DNA of 64,000 bases from Octopus bimaculoides (GCF_001194135.2 NC_068987.1:5320577-5384576), one strand, 5' to 3'; numbered from the stretch's first letter, positions 53,301 to 63,428 are shown. The notes: generated by a model from the sequence alone, not told the origin. Numbers and translations are program-made.

Positions 53301-55063
53301 AAGATTTTTACAATGTGACCAGTGACGAGATGAAGGCAGTTTCATTTTTACAAGAACCCAGCACTAAATTTAATCTTTATATCCTAGTTAACATGGAGGT
53401 CTTTTTAGAATACCAAGCACTACATTATTAGCCATGTTAAGTTGGATATAAAGATTACCATTTTGTACTGATACTGCTTCCATTATTAATAATTAATTTT
53501 TAAAAAGCCAGCCAGTTATTTGCAACATCAGTGTCAGAAAAGTTCTGATATTCAATATATTGTAGCAGCAAGGTTTAATGAGCTTGCAGTCACTTGGATG
53601 CTTCCTACTGATCAGTTCCTGTAGACTGAAATCATTTGATATGGGAATTCTGGTGCCCATGACAGATGAATTTCATTTGCTATGATCTCTGTGTGCCCTT
53701 TTATGCATGAAGCGCCCATATGAGAGGAACTCTCAAGGTTAAGAAAACATCCGTTTTAAGTTGGATATAAAGATTATAGTGGTGAAGAGCACGGGCTACT
53801 AACCCCAAGATTCTGAGTTCGATTCCAGGCAGTGACTTGAATGATAAATACCTTAGGAATGAGAACCCAGGTTTGAAATTTCCCCAAGACACCTGATGAA
53901 AGCTGGAGGGTATATCAGCCGAAATGTTGTGTTAACAACAAACAAGATGAGGACAAATATCCATTGAATGTAAATAATTTCTAATTTTGTTAATCACAAA
54001 TAAGTAAATCTTACCAGTTAAGATTACATAATTAGTCACCCACCTTCACCTTCCCCTTCCAAATACTTCCTCCTGGTAGCAGCAGCTTTTTCCCTTTCTT
54101 TTTCCCCTGTTCTTAAATGTCTCTCAAGTTTCATGGCAACTTCACTAGTGCTGGTGACATGTAAAATGCACTCAGTGTTCTCTATGAAGTGGTGGGCATT
54201 AGGAAGGGCATCAAGCTGTAGAAACTACCAAAGCAGATACTGGAATCGGATGCAGCTTACCAGTTCCCTGTCAAATTGTGGAACCGATGCCAGCATGGAA
54301 TATGGATGTTAAATGATGACGAGTAATAAACAGGACTCATTAATCATTCTTACCGAAGTCCGTAAGTCAAGCAAGGTCTATTCTTGCTAAGCCAGGAATT
54401 GTCCGAGATGCAGACAAAATCAATATCCTACAAATGAAAAGAAACACATTAAAAATATGGAAAGAAAAATATTGAAGACTGAGCTTGTTTTTCTTGGTTG
54501 TTCTATGGAATTGATATATAATATATGTTTATATATATTTGGAGGAGAAAATTTTTCTCAAAGAGTTAAGATCAAGAAAAGAACCTTTTTAGAAAGTAGA
54601 AAGACACTAAGCCAAAACACATTTCTTGAAATCTCTTCCCAAAGATTAGTGTCTTTCTACTTTCTAAAAAAAAAAGGTTCTTTTCTTGACCTTAACCCTT
54701 TGAGAAAAAATCTTCTCTCCAAATATTATAACTGTATCAAGGAATTTCCAAAACACTCCAAATATATATATATATTTCGTTTTTGGATTTGGTTTGCAAG
54801 ATTCTTTGTGTGAGCTTGTGTGTTGAAACATATTCTGTTGTGTTTGGGGAGTCATACATACATACATGCATGCATGTATAGGCACACATACACACAGAGT
54901 CAAAACTATTGAAAAGGTTGCAAGACGCAATGAAAATTTTAGGAAAATAAAAATAAGAAATAAGTGGAAATTTTACCGGTGAGTGTGTTAAATTATAAGG
55001 CACACAAAGAGAATGACTCTCCCCAGACACAACAGTATATATATGTATAAATTAATACACACT

Positions 55064-55110
<47 letters not shown>

Positions 55111-57978
55111 ATGTATAAATTAATACATATATTTTATGAAACCAGAACAGAAAGCCATAAGAAATATCACTAAGCATTTTGTCCGAAGCAGTAATGTTTC
55201 TGCCAGCTGACCACCCTAAATGGACGTAGTAATAAAAATATGCATTAGAGATAATTCTCAATATTTTTTTAATTAATTATTTTGGTAGTAGGTTATAAGG
55301 AGACTTTAAAAACCTGCTTGGAAACCTGCAAGAGAAACCTGACTACATGGCAATCAGAAACACTAAATAGAGTCGAGAGGGCAAAGCCGTCTCCGACTTT
55401 GAAGCAGCCAGGATCACTAATCTAAAGCGGAAAAGAGCCCCACATGATGGAGACCAATACTGCAATGCCTAATGTAAAATGTTGAATGATAAACCTCGGT
55501 AGACACAAAGAGGAAGACATAAGTTGAAAAGTGCTGATAAAGCAAACTGCAAAGAGGAATCGAAAATGGTGTTACCTTCAAAAAAGAATCCTTCTTTGAC
55601 ATCAACAGGTTTGCAAGACCATCAGAACCAGATTCTTCCATGGCTTCAAACACAAACTGGAAACAAACAAAAAAAGTATTAAGAATGATGTGTAGCTTAT
55701 TTGTGATATCAGGATGGCTTAAATTGAATTGATAAATTTGAAATATCTTTGTAACGATGAAATATGCCTGTAAAGATGGTATATCTTTTAATGACTGTTA
55801 TTTAATATATTTTATTGGATAGGTCTGGAAGGACTCAAAACCAACAAAATCCAAGCAGTAGAGGCCACTACAGTAAGAGCAGAAAACACAGAGAGAAGAA
55901 ACATGTCAATGGGTCAGAAATAAGAGTGAACTGGTGTGTAACTTTATGCCAACTAGTCTCATAAATAAATCTTTCACTAACACATTTTGGGTCTCCATTA
56001 ATTATTTTGTGTATAGCTTAACTAAATCTATAATCTATCAATTTGAAAGCTCATTCATTATCAGCCATGAAAAGAAACACAAGTACACAGTAATCTCATC
56101 GCTTTATATAAAAATGGATTACAGTTTAATCTTATCTGATATAATTCTTATCAATAACAGACAGAAAATATGAAAGTGAATTAAAGGATGAGATAACATC
56201 TTATGTCTTACTTTTAAATTGACAGGAATGTCAATTTTCTGGTTTTGATATGCTTCAACAGCATTCAGCCAACCAAGAACTGGTCCCTGAAATTACAAAG
56301 AAATAACAATCGTACTGAAGTATGGTAAATATCCAGAAATATGAAAGAATGAAATATAGGGTATGTGAAGAACTTGAGGATATATTTGGTAATTTAATAA
56401 AACATCTGTAATCTAGCAAAAGCCAAATGTATTTTAGTAAAAATTTATGCTCGTGTTTTTGATAAGCTTCCTTATAAGATTATTTTAAGATGACAACTTC
56501 TAAATCATTGTTTTCTGCACAAACGGCAACAAAAACTACATGCATTTCTTTTCATTTCTTATGTTAGCATTTTATTGGCTAAGAAAGAAATATCTGAAAG
56601 AAATATAAAATTTTAACTGGTTTGAAGAGAATTGGTTTAATTGGTGTGAAATGTCCTCAAATAGTCCTTGTACCCTGTAGTTCCATGTTCAATTCCATGG
56701 GGCAAATATCATCTGCCATTGACTTGGGGCATTGTCACCATCATTACCATCTTTATTGTTGTTGCCATGATCATTGTCAACATGAAACATGAATGTTTTT
56801 AAATGATGATATATATAAATATATACATAGCGAGATCGTTGCCAGTGCCCCTGGACTGGCTCTTGTGCTGGTGGCACATAAAATACACCATTTTGAGCAT
56901 GCCCGTTGCCAGAATCGCCTGACTGGCCTTCGTGCCGGTGACACGTAAAAGCACCTACTACACTCTCAGAGTGGTTGGCGTTAGGAAGGGCATCCAGCTG
57001 TAGAAATTCTGCCAAATCAGATTGGAGCCTGGTGTAGCCTTCGGGTTCCACCAGTCCTCAGTCAAATCGTCCAACCCATGCTAGCATGGAAAGCGGACGT
57101 TAAACAATAATGATGATGATGATGATGATATATATCTATATGCATATAACATTCTATAACATAGACTAGAAAGAATTTAGCAATATACTTACTTAGAACC
57201 AAAGTACCCTGATATTAAGGCAGCTTACCTTATCGTCAGAAGCTCCTCTCCCATATAACTTGCCATCAATTTCTGTTAAAACAAATGGCTCTGTATCCCA
57301 GCCATCAGACTAATAAAGAGAAAAGAAATTACAAATTTAATAATTATTTAATTTCAAACAATGAAGTCATAAGTTAAACAGTGAAGATTTATTGCATCAC
57401 TGAAACCCTATCCTTTAATAATGATAATAGTAACAATAATCATAATTACAACAACAATGACAATAATAAATTCTTACATTTTAAGTATAGTAGCTCTATC
57501 TATTCTCCAGAATAACAACAGACCAGGACCTGAAGATTAAATAGATTAAAGGATTGACAAAGATATGATTAATCTTCTGAATTTAGTAAATGATACCAGA
57601 TAGGAAAAAGATCTTCTGTAGTGAAACAACTATTTAGGGCTAAAATAATTCTTAGAAAAGAGAAAACCCTCTTGATATAGATTTGGCAATTCTATTTTCC
57701 CTCAAATGTGTCGTTGAAACAGAAGCACTTCCTTCATCAAAGAGATAGAGAGGGATAGATAAAAGTACTTTATGTGTGCATGCATGTGTATGTGTGCGCA
57801 TGCACGTGCACGTGCATGCACATGCACGTGCATGTCTGTGTGTGTGTGTGTGAGAGAGATATATGTTTATGTTAGGGTTTGTTCCCCCACTTGAGAACTG
57901 GTGTTGGTTTGTTTACGTCCCTGTAACTTAGTAGTTCAGCAAAAGAAACCAATAAAATAAGTACTGATGGAGGAAGAA

Positions 57979-58010
<32 letters not shown>

Positions 58011-61000
58011 CAAAGAAGAAGAAGAAGAAGAAGAAGACAAAGAAGAAGAAGAAGAAGAAGAAGTAGTAGTAGTAGTAGTAGAAGAAGAAGAAGAAGAAGA
58101 AGAGGAAGAGGAAGAAGACGTAGTAGTAGTAGAAGAAGAAGAAGAAATAAAAATAAAAATATAAAAAAGGTATTTTCCACCCACCTTATCCGCTGGTTGA
58201 ACATCAACATGTCCATACGCTAGCAAGGTTTTCTTTTTAGGATCCTTACCAAGTTGTCCAAAAATCACAGGAGGAAGTTTAAGGACTTCTGAGGATGGGT
58301 AGACTTGATCTCCAAGTTCCAGTAATTCAGTTTGAATATGAAGTTTCTCCATTTCCTTTCAAATAAAATATAACACAACATCATTATATTAAAACATGTT
58401 TATGGTTGGAAAATATCGAGAAGTACGATTGTTAGATCTTACAATTTACAGTATGTCTCCAAGGTGGGTGAAAAGTAAGTAGGGATTAAAAATTGGTAAT
58501 AAAAGCCAAATTCCTTTCACAAATTAACTGAAACAAATGATACATGTTCTTTGTTACATGGGAAAATGAAAGTAAGCTAACCACCTACACTTTAAAAAAA
58601 AGTGGGGGAGTTTAGCTCAATCGGTCAGAGCATCGTGACGCATAATCAAGGAGATTTGAGTTCGAGTCTCATAGCTAACCACCTACACTTTTTTCTGCAA
58701 AATAGGGGTAGTTTATCCTGTTCAGGCTATATTATTAGCATTATCCTGCGATTGAGAATTTAAAATCACTTCTTTAGCTTTCTAAATCTTCATATTTCAA
58801 CATAAGCACTGGTGGCATCAACCAGTTTCCTCAAAAACGGCCAGGGATGGAGTGAACAACCTTCTGAAGGATGTTGTCTGGGATATCATTGAAAATCTCC
58901 TGAATCCGTGTTTCCAAGTCCTCTAGCATGTGAAGTTTTGTCTTGTACACCTCTTTTCCTTTCCACCCACCATGTATGTACTTGTGTGGCGACAAACACA
59001 CACTTTTCTAACAAGAGGGAAGTGAGGAGCACTTCCCTCTTCCCATTGTCAAATGTGATGCTTATATAATTCATATCGTTTTTAATTATTCATTTTCTTG
59101 TGGTTTCAAGATTTTTACGATGTTGTTCTACTTCTTTATTACTTGTATGTCATGTAACTGCAGCCATGCTAGAGCACCACCTTAAAGGGTGTTAGTTGAA
59201 GAAATCGATCCCAGGACTTATTCTTTGTAAGCCTAGTACTTATTCTGTCAGTCTCTTTTTGCTGAACCACTACGTTACGGGGATATAAACTCACCAGCAT
59301 CGGTTGTCAAGCGATGGCAAGGGTGGAAGGTGGGGGTAACAAACACAGACACACAAGCATATACCTATATATATATATATATATATATNNNNNNNNNNNN
59401 NNNNNNNNNNNNNNNNNNNNNNNNNNNNNNNNNNNNNNNNNNATAGTTTGTGGATTTGCTTCCCACACTCAACACACAAAAGTATGAAAATGTAAAGATA
59501 TATCTTTTTTTCCATCTCTGCTGAAATTCAACTTTAAAATGTTTTTAATTATGCTAATTCATTTCTAAAGTCTTGAATCGAAACAGATATCTAGTTTTGT
59601 AATTAATAAATAATTACTAATTTAATTACCTCTATTTTCTTATTTTCTTAAAAATATATATAAACCCTGGTTTATCCAATTACCCTACAGTTGAATATTA
59701 AATGTAATATTCAGCGGGACTGAACCAAAAACCACATGGTTGGGGAGCAAGCTTTTCAACCACACAGTCATGACTGTTCAGCCTAAATAACACTAAAAAT
59801 GATAAAAAAGTAATATAAATTTATTTAAAATAACTTCTCTTACAGCTTTTGTCCATTCAACCATTCTTCTAACTTCTGGCCTCAGTTTCACAGATGCTGA
59901 CACACTAGGAATGGCCACAGCAATACCAAGCCGTTTAATAAAACGGTCAGCATTATCATCGATGTACCTGAACAAGAAATGAAACAATAATCTTTGTAAT
60001 ATCGATAATCTATACAAGTTACGTGTGCTTGTGTATGTATATACATATATGTATGTGTAAAATGAAACAGTGAAGAAATTCCAAGAGTCAATTATATTAA
60101 AAACAAACAAGAAAATGCACAGAAATCTTTATGATTAAAATGTAGAGTTCATATATCCAACCGGTTTCAAATTTTTAATGATAATCATGATTTGTAATTA
60201 AATGATCTGGTAATATTATTACTAGATGTTGCTGGTTATAACAGAGGCAATATCAAATAACTGCTGTTAACAATAACAGAGAGGTAATAATGGAAATACT
60301 TAATTTTCATTCTTAATAATAAAAATGGTTTCAAATTTTTGCAGATTGGAGCCTGGTACAGCCTTCTGGCTTGCCAGTCCTCAGCCAAACCGTCCAAACC
60401 ATGCCAGCATGGAAAGCGGACGTTAAACGACGACGACGATTACGATGATGATGATGATGATGTTATATATATATATAAATATATATAACAGAATTGAAGT
60501 CACATCACGTCCGATGACGTAATGGTACATGCTCAAGGCTGGTTTGCTATCTGAAATTCCAACTTGAGCTGCAACTAAAAGCATGGATGTCATAGCTATC
60601 AAATGACAATTGGCTATAAAGCAGTTTGTCAAGAGAGTATGTGCATGCATATTTAAATACATCCTTCATTCATGTGATCCCCTCCCCCTCTCTCTCACAA
60701 AGACACACACACACACATACATACGAGGGTGTGCTGAAAAGTTCTTGGCTGTGAGTAAAAGAAAATACAGGAGGATCAGTTAATTATGATTTCATTCAAC
60801 ATATTCCCCCTCTCAGATTCACACACCTGTTGCAACGGGCCTTCAGTTTTTCTAAGACCTGTAAAAGAACTTGGAAGGTTGGGCCTCCAACCAAGTCTTT
60901 CTCTTAAGCCAGGGACGTTTCAGCACCCAGTCGTATATTAATCAAGGTGGGCTATCTTTCGTCTTGACTCGAAAAATCATAACAAAGAACTCGGTAATTT

Positions 61001-63428
61001 CCGTGAACACGTGTTGTCTTGTCAAATGTCAGTTGACGAAATGAGAAGAGAAAGCTAATGGGTTGTATGTGCCTGCATGCATATTCCTGTGTGTTGTGTT
61101 AGTACTTGTTCTTCTGTGTCTGTGTGTGCCTGTTCTGTTTTTATGCATTTATGTGTTGTGCAATGTAGATATAACGAAATGATGCCAGTAATGTCACATT
61201 TTAAACTTGAAGGAAAAAAGTCTTGCATATTTGTTCTTATCTGCTTCATGTGTATATGTAAAATCTGTAAATTTCCAAGAAGAAAAATGGAAATGAGGAC
61301 GCCATATCAATTATAGTAGACCTCAAGTTCAAAATGTGACATTACTGGCATAATTTCGTTATATCTACATTGCACAACACATAAATACATAGAAACAGAA
61401 CAGGCACACACACACACACACAACACACAAACAAGAACAAGCATGCACACACAGAGGAACAAGCACACACGCACACACACACAAACAAGAACAAGCACGT
61501 TCACACAGAGGAACAATCACACACACACACACACACACAAACACACAGGAACATGCACGCACGCACGTACAACCCATTAGCTTTCTCTTCCCATTTCGTC
61601 AACTGACAGTTCACAGAAATTACCGAGTTCTTTGCTATGATTTTTCAAGTCAAGACGAAAGTACTATTTATCGATGTTACCAATCAGTTTCGCCAGAGAT
61701 GGCAGTGTTACATAATCAGACTGTTACCTAACACTCCGCTGAATCTCAAACACGAAACCGATTCGTAAGAGCAGCCGTAATGGATATATAATACTGTATA
61801 CTTTGGATAATATATCGACTATTTAAGGCGGTGAGCTGGCAGAAACATTAGCACGCCGGGTGTTTCGTTTGCCGCTACGTTCTGAGTTCAAATTCCGCCG
61901 AGGTCGACTTTGCCTTTCATCCTTTCAGGGTCGATAAATTAAGTACCAGTTACGCACTGGGGTCGATGTAATCAACTTAATCCCCTTGCCTGTCCTTGAT
62001 TGTCCCCTCTATGTTTGGCACCCCTCCCCGTGGGCAGTAAAGAAATAAGAAACGTTGCTCTGTGTGTGTTAGACAGANNNNNNNNNNNNNNNNNNNNNNN
62101 NNNNNNNNNNNNNNNNNNNNNNNNNNNNNNNNNNNNNNNNNNNNNNNNNNNNNNNNNNNNNNNNNNNNNNNNNNNNNNNNNNNNNNNNNNNNNNNNNNNN
62201 NNNNNNNNNNNNNNNNNNNNNNNNNNNNNNNNNNNNNNNNNNNNNNNNNNNNNNNNNNNNNNNNNNNNNNCACTCCCTCCATCAAATCGATGTTACCTGA
62301 ACGGGTGCACGGCGTACCACACGCCAGGTGTTGAAGTGATCGCACAGCAACGTGAAATGATGTGTTTTGCTGAAGAATACAAGACACCACTCAGTCCCGA
62401 AAGTGAGACCACGATCCCGCGATTGTAAGTGCTTCATCCAAACCACTAAGCCATGCACCCTCGCAAACATATATACCATGGGCTGCATCCAGTGGCGATC
62501 TTTCAGTACGAGTTCCTAATTATCGGCCTTTTCCGTAAACAGTGTCTTCGGCGATCTTTACCAAAGATCGGCCTTTTCCGTAACACCCGCACGATCTTCA
62601 CTACGGTGATAGGGTTAGGATTTTAGTGTCAGGGTTAGGGTTAGTGTTTAGGGTTAGGGTTAGGGACGGAATTCCCTAACGCAAACCCTAACCCTAAATC
62701 TAAACACTTCAAAATAAATCGCGCTCTCTGTATGTCTTTCGCTGTTATGACGTCGTCTCCCTGTTTCTCTCCAACACTTTTTACGGAAAAGGCCGGTAAT
62801 TAGGAACTCGTACCGAAATATCGCCCATCCAGTTTTCGTTTACCAAATCGATTCACAAGATTTTGGTCAACCCAGAGCTATAGTAAAAGACATTTGGCCA
62901 AAGTGCCACGCAGTGGGACTGAACCTGATGACCATACAGTTAGAAAGCAAACTTCTTAACCACACACCCACTTTTGTTCATTACATTCTGAAAAAGCACG
63001 ACTTACTTTCAACCGATTAACTCTTTAAAAGTTGGAATCTCTCAATTTAGAATTTAAAAAATAAGGCGGTTTTTTTCGCATTTGGTTGCTTACTTTTTAA
63101 TCAAAAGCACAATCTAATTTCATTTTAAAATTAATAAAATATATTTGAATGAAATATAAAGACTTAACTTTTAGGAACACAGAAATAAAATGCCGATAGA
63201 GTTAAAAGAAGAAAAGAAGAGATTTATAAATCAGACAAATCTCCCTCAAAAGTCAACCTATTCTCTATACAAAAGACAGATACATTGCCTGATGACATAG
63301 CGAAATGTCATGACGGAAGGTAAACCAGGTGAGTACAAGGCTGACAATACAATAACATTAACGGTGATAGCAATAAAGCAATAATATACTTCTAAGATTT
63401 AATAAACTTACTTGAAAACGGTTTCCAT
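44300..63428 (-). CDS. CNDP2: Cytosolic non-specific dipeptidase (CNDP2-like, M20A), divergent copy A, 14 coding exons, 471 aa
   Basis: Exons 63412-63428, 59844-59967, 58185-58355, 57229-57309, 56212-56286, 55576-55656, 54354-54427, 52073-52147, 51286-51430, 50321-50420, 49635-49806, 48776-48858, 47040-47206, 44300-44350. All introns are GT-AG, the frame is open, total 1416 nt. Motifs [49 protein letters not shown]. Confidence 0.94.
44714..45922 (-). mobile_element. Non-autonomous Helitron spanning an assembly gap (last intron of copy A)
   Basis: Minus strand: A|TCTATATATATAAAA 5' end; 3' hairpin ACCCGG-GCAAAG-CCGGGT followed by CTAG|T. Confidence 0.7.
46480..46820 (+). mobile_element. Helentron/HINE-like non-autonomous element
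   Basis: CCTCCACCTT..AAGGTGGAGG 5' palindrome and subterminal TTGGTAGAGG...CGCTCTCTGAGTGC end. Confidence 0.55.
47040..47206 (-). CDS. CNDP2: CNDP2-like A exon 13 ([15 protein letters not shown]...[10 protein letters not shown])
   Basis: 167 nt; AG/GT boundaries. Confidence 0.94.
48440..48745. mobile_element. hAT (Charlie-like) MITE
   Basis: CAGCACTTCTTAAAC / GTTTAAGAAGCACTG; TSD TTCTAAAC/ATCTATAC. Confidence 0.75.
48776..48858 (-). CDS. CNDP2: CNDP2-like A exon 12 ([27 protein letters not shown])
   Basis: 83 nt; AG/GT boundaries. Confidence 0.92.
49009..49080 (-). pseudogene. tRNA-Gly(TCC) pseudogene
   Basis: ACATTGGTGGTGTAATGATTAGCATTGTGGTCTTCCAAGCAGTTGATCTGGGTTTGATTCCTGTCCAATGCA; broken anticodon and T stems; B-box mutated. 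Confidence 0.7.
49635..49806 (-). CDS. CNDP2: CNDP2-like A exon 11
   Basis: 172 nt; [25 protein letters not shown]. Confidence 0.95.
50321..50420 (-). CDS. CNDP2: CNDP2-like A exon 10 (EDCRKDIG...[11 protein letters not shown])
   Basis: 100 nt; AG/GT boundaries. Confidence 0.93.
50540..50770 (-). mobile_element. Hammerhead-family element (motif 50619-50661) with (AAT/AAC)n tract
   Basis: Same core and tail as the 28250-28521 copy; 3-nt deletion after GAAACGT. Confidence 0.7.
50770..51040 (-). mobile_element. R4/Dong-like non-LTR retrotransposon 3' fragment
   Basis: Open frame 51040-50867 [18 protein letters not shown]...[20 protein letters not shown], then a 3'UTR ending in (TAA)n. Confidence 0.7.
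51286..51430 (-). CDS. CNDP2: CNDP2-like A exon 9
   Basis: 145 nt; [16 protein letters not shown]. Confidence 0.94.
52073..52147 (-). CDS. CNDP2: CNDP2-like A exon 8 ([24 protein letters not shown])
   Basis: 75 nt; DLHSG motif. Confidence 0.94.
52636..52873. mobile_element. Tc1/mariner-type MITE
   Basis: Long TIRs TATTGGGTGGTGCATCATTATTGCGG / GCTGCAATAATTATGCACCAACCCAACA. Confidence 0.7.
53775..53979 (+). mobile_element. tRNA-headed hammerhead-bearing element (same family)
   Basis: Pol III-like head (GTTCGATTCC B box), then the family core with a hammerhead motif at 53888-53933. Confidence 0.75.
53888..53933 (+). ncRNA. Minimal type I hammerhead ribozyme motif
   Basis: GACAC-CTGATGA-A-AGCTG(GAGGGTATAT)CAGCC-GAAA-TGTT-GTGTT. 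Confidence 0.6.
54354..54427 (-). CDS. CNDP2: CNDP2-like A exon 7 ([24 protein letters not shown])
   Basis: 74 nt; AG/GT boundaries. Confidence 0.94.
54539..54723. repeat. Short palindromic MITE-like element
   Basis: ~70-bp arms GGAGAAAATTTTTCTCAAAGAGTTAAG... / ...CTTAACCCTTTGAGAAAAAATCTTCTC. Confidence 0.6.
55576..55656 (-). CDS. CNDP2: CNDP2-like A exon 6 ([27 protein letters not shown])
   Basis: 81 nt; MEESGS motif. Confidence 0.94.
56212..56286 (-). CDS. CNDP2: CNDP2-like A exon 5 ([25 protein letters not shown])
   Basis: 75 nt; AG/GT boundaries. Confidence 0.94.
57229..57309 (-). CDS. CNDP2: CNDP2-like A exon 4 ([27 protein letters not shown])
   Basis: 81 nt; GRGASDDK motif. Confidence 0.95.
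57968..58146. repeat. (GAA)n/(GTA)n compound trinucleotide microsatellite just after copy A exon 3 donor
   Basis: Directly visible repeats. Confidence 0.9.
58185..58355 (-). CDS. CNDP2: CNDP2-like A exon 3 (EMEKLHIQ...[11 protein letters not shown])
   Basis: 171 nt; GHVDVQP motif. Confidence 0.95.
58602..58680 (+). pseudogene. tRNA-Met(CAT)-like degenerate sequence between 19-bp direct repeats
   Basis: TAGCTCAATCGG A-box, CGCATAA loop, GTTCGAGTCTC B-box; AGCTAACCACCTACACTTT at 58575-58593 and 58673-58691. Confidence 0.5.
59844..59967 (-). CDS. CNDP2: CNDP2-like A exon 2
   Basis: 124 nt; [24 protein letters not shown]. Confidence 0.94.
60722..60935. mobile_element. Mariner-type MITE
   Basis: TA-CGAGGGTGTGCTGAAAAG ... 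TTTCAGCACCCAGTCG-TA. Confidence 0.7.
60956..61661. repeat. Near-complete palindromic foldback element in copy A intron 1
   Basis: Arms ~60956-61213 and ~61320-61661, with a CA-rich minisatellite expansion in the right arm. Confidence 0.8.
61825..62055 (+). mobile_element. SINE family 3 (other copies ~430-570, 5280-5430, 16400-16605, 34426-34640, 37195-37320, 48080-48290, 49865-50210)
   Basis: AAGGCGGTGAGCTGGCAGAA head; central GGTCGACTTTGCCTTTCATCCTTTC.GGGTCGATAAATTAAGTACCAG domain. Confidence 0.75.
62493..62826. mobile_element. TIR element carrying TTAGGG/CCCTAA telomere-like tracts
   Basis: ~50-bp TIRs; ATCCAG direct repeats at 62487-62492 and 62827-62832. Confidence 0.7.
63412..63428 (-). 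CDS. CNDP2: CNDP2-like A exon 1 coding part (METVF K)
   Basis: ATG GAA ACC GTT TTC AA|GTAAGT; phase 2 gives METVFKYID. Confidence 0.85.

Noticed and set aside
55330-55550. Possible RTE C-terminal fragment beside exon 6 of copy A
   Set aside because: The resemblance is too decayed to call without a profile search.
57872-58352. Poly-Ser/poly-Glu/poly-Leu ORFs extending exon 3 of copy A
   Set aside because: Read-through into a (GAA)n microsatellite beyond a good GTGGGT donor.
60423-60662. ORF containing [12 protein letters not shown]... as a possible copy A N-terminus
   Set aside because: The donor is weak and there is no homology to copy B; METVFK at 63412-63428 is the clear paralogous start.
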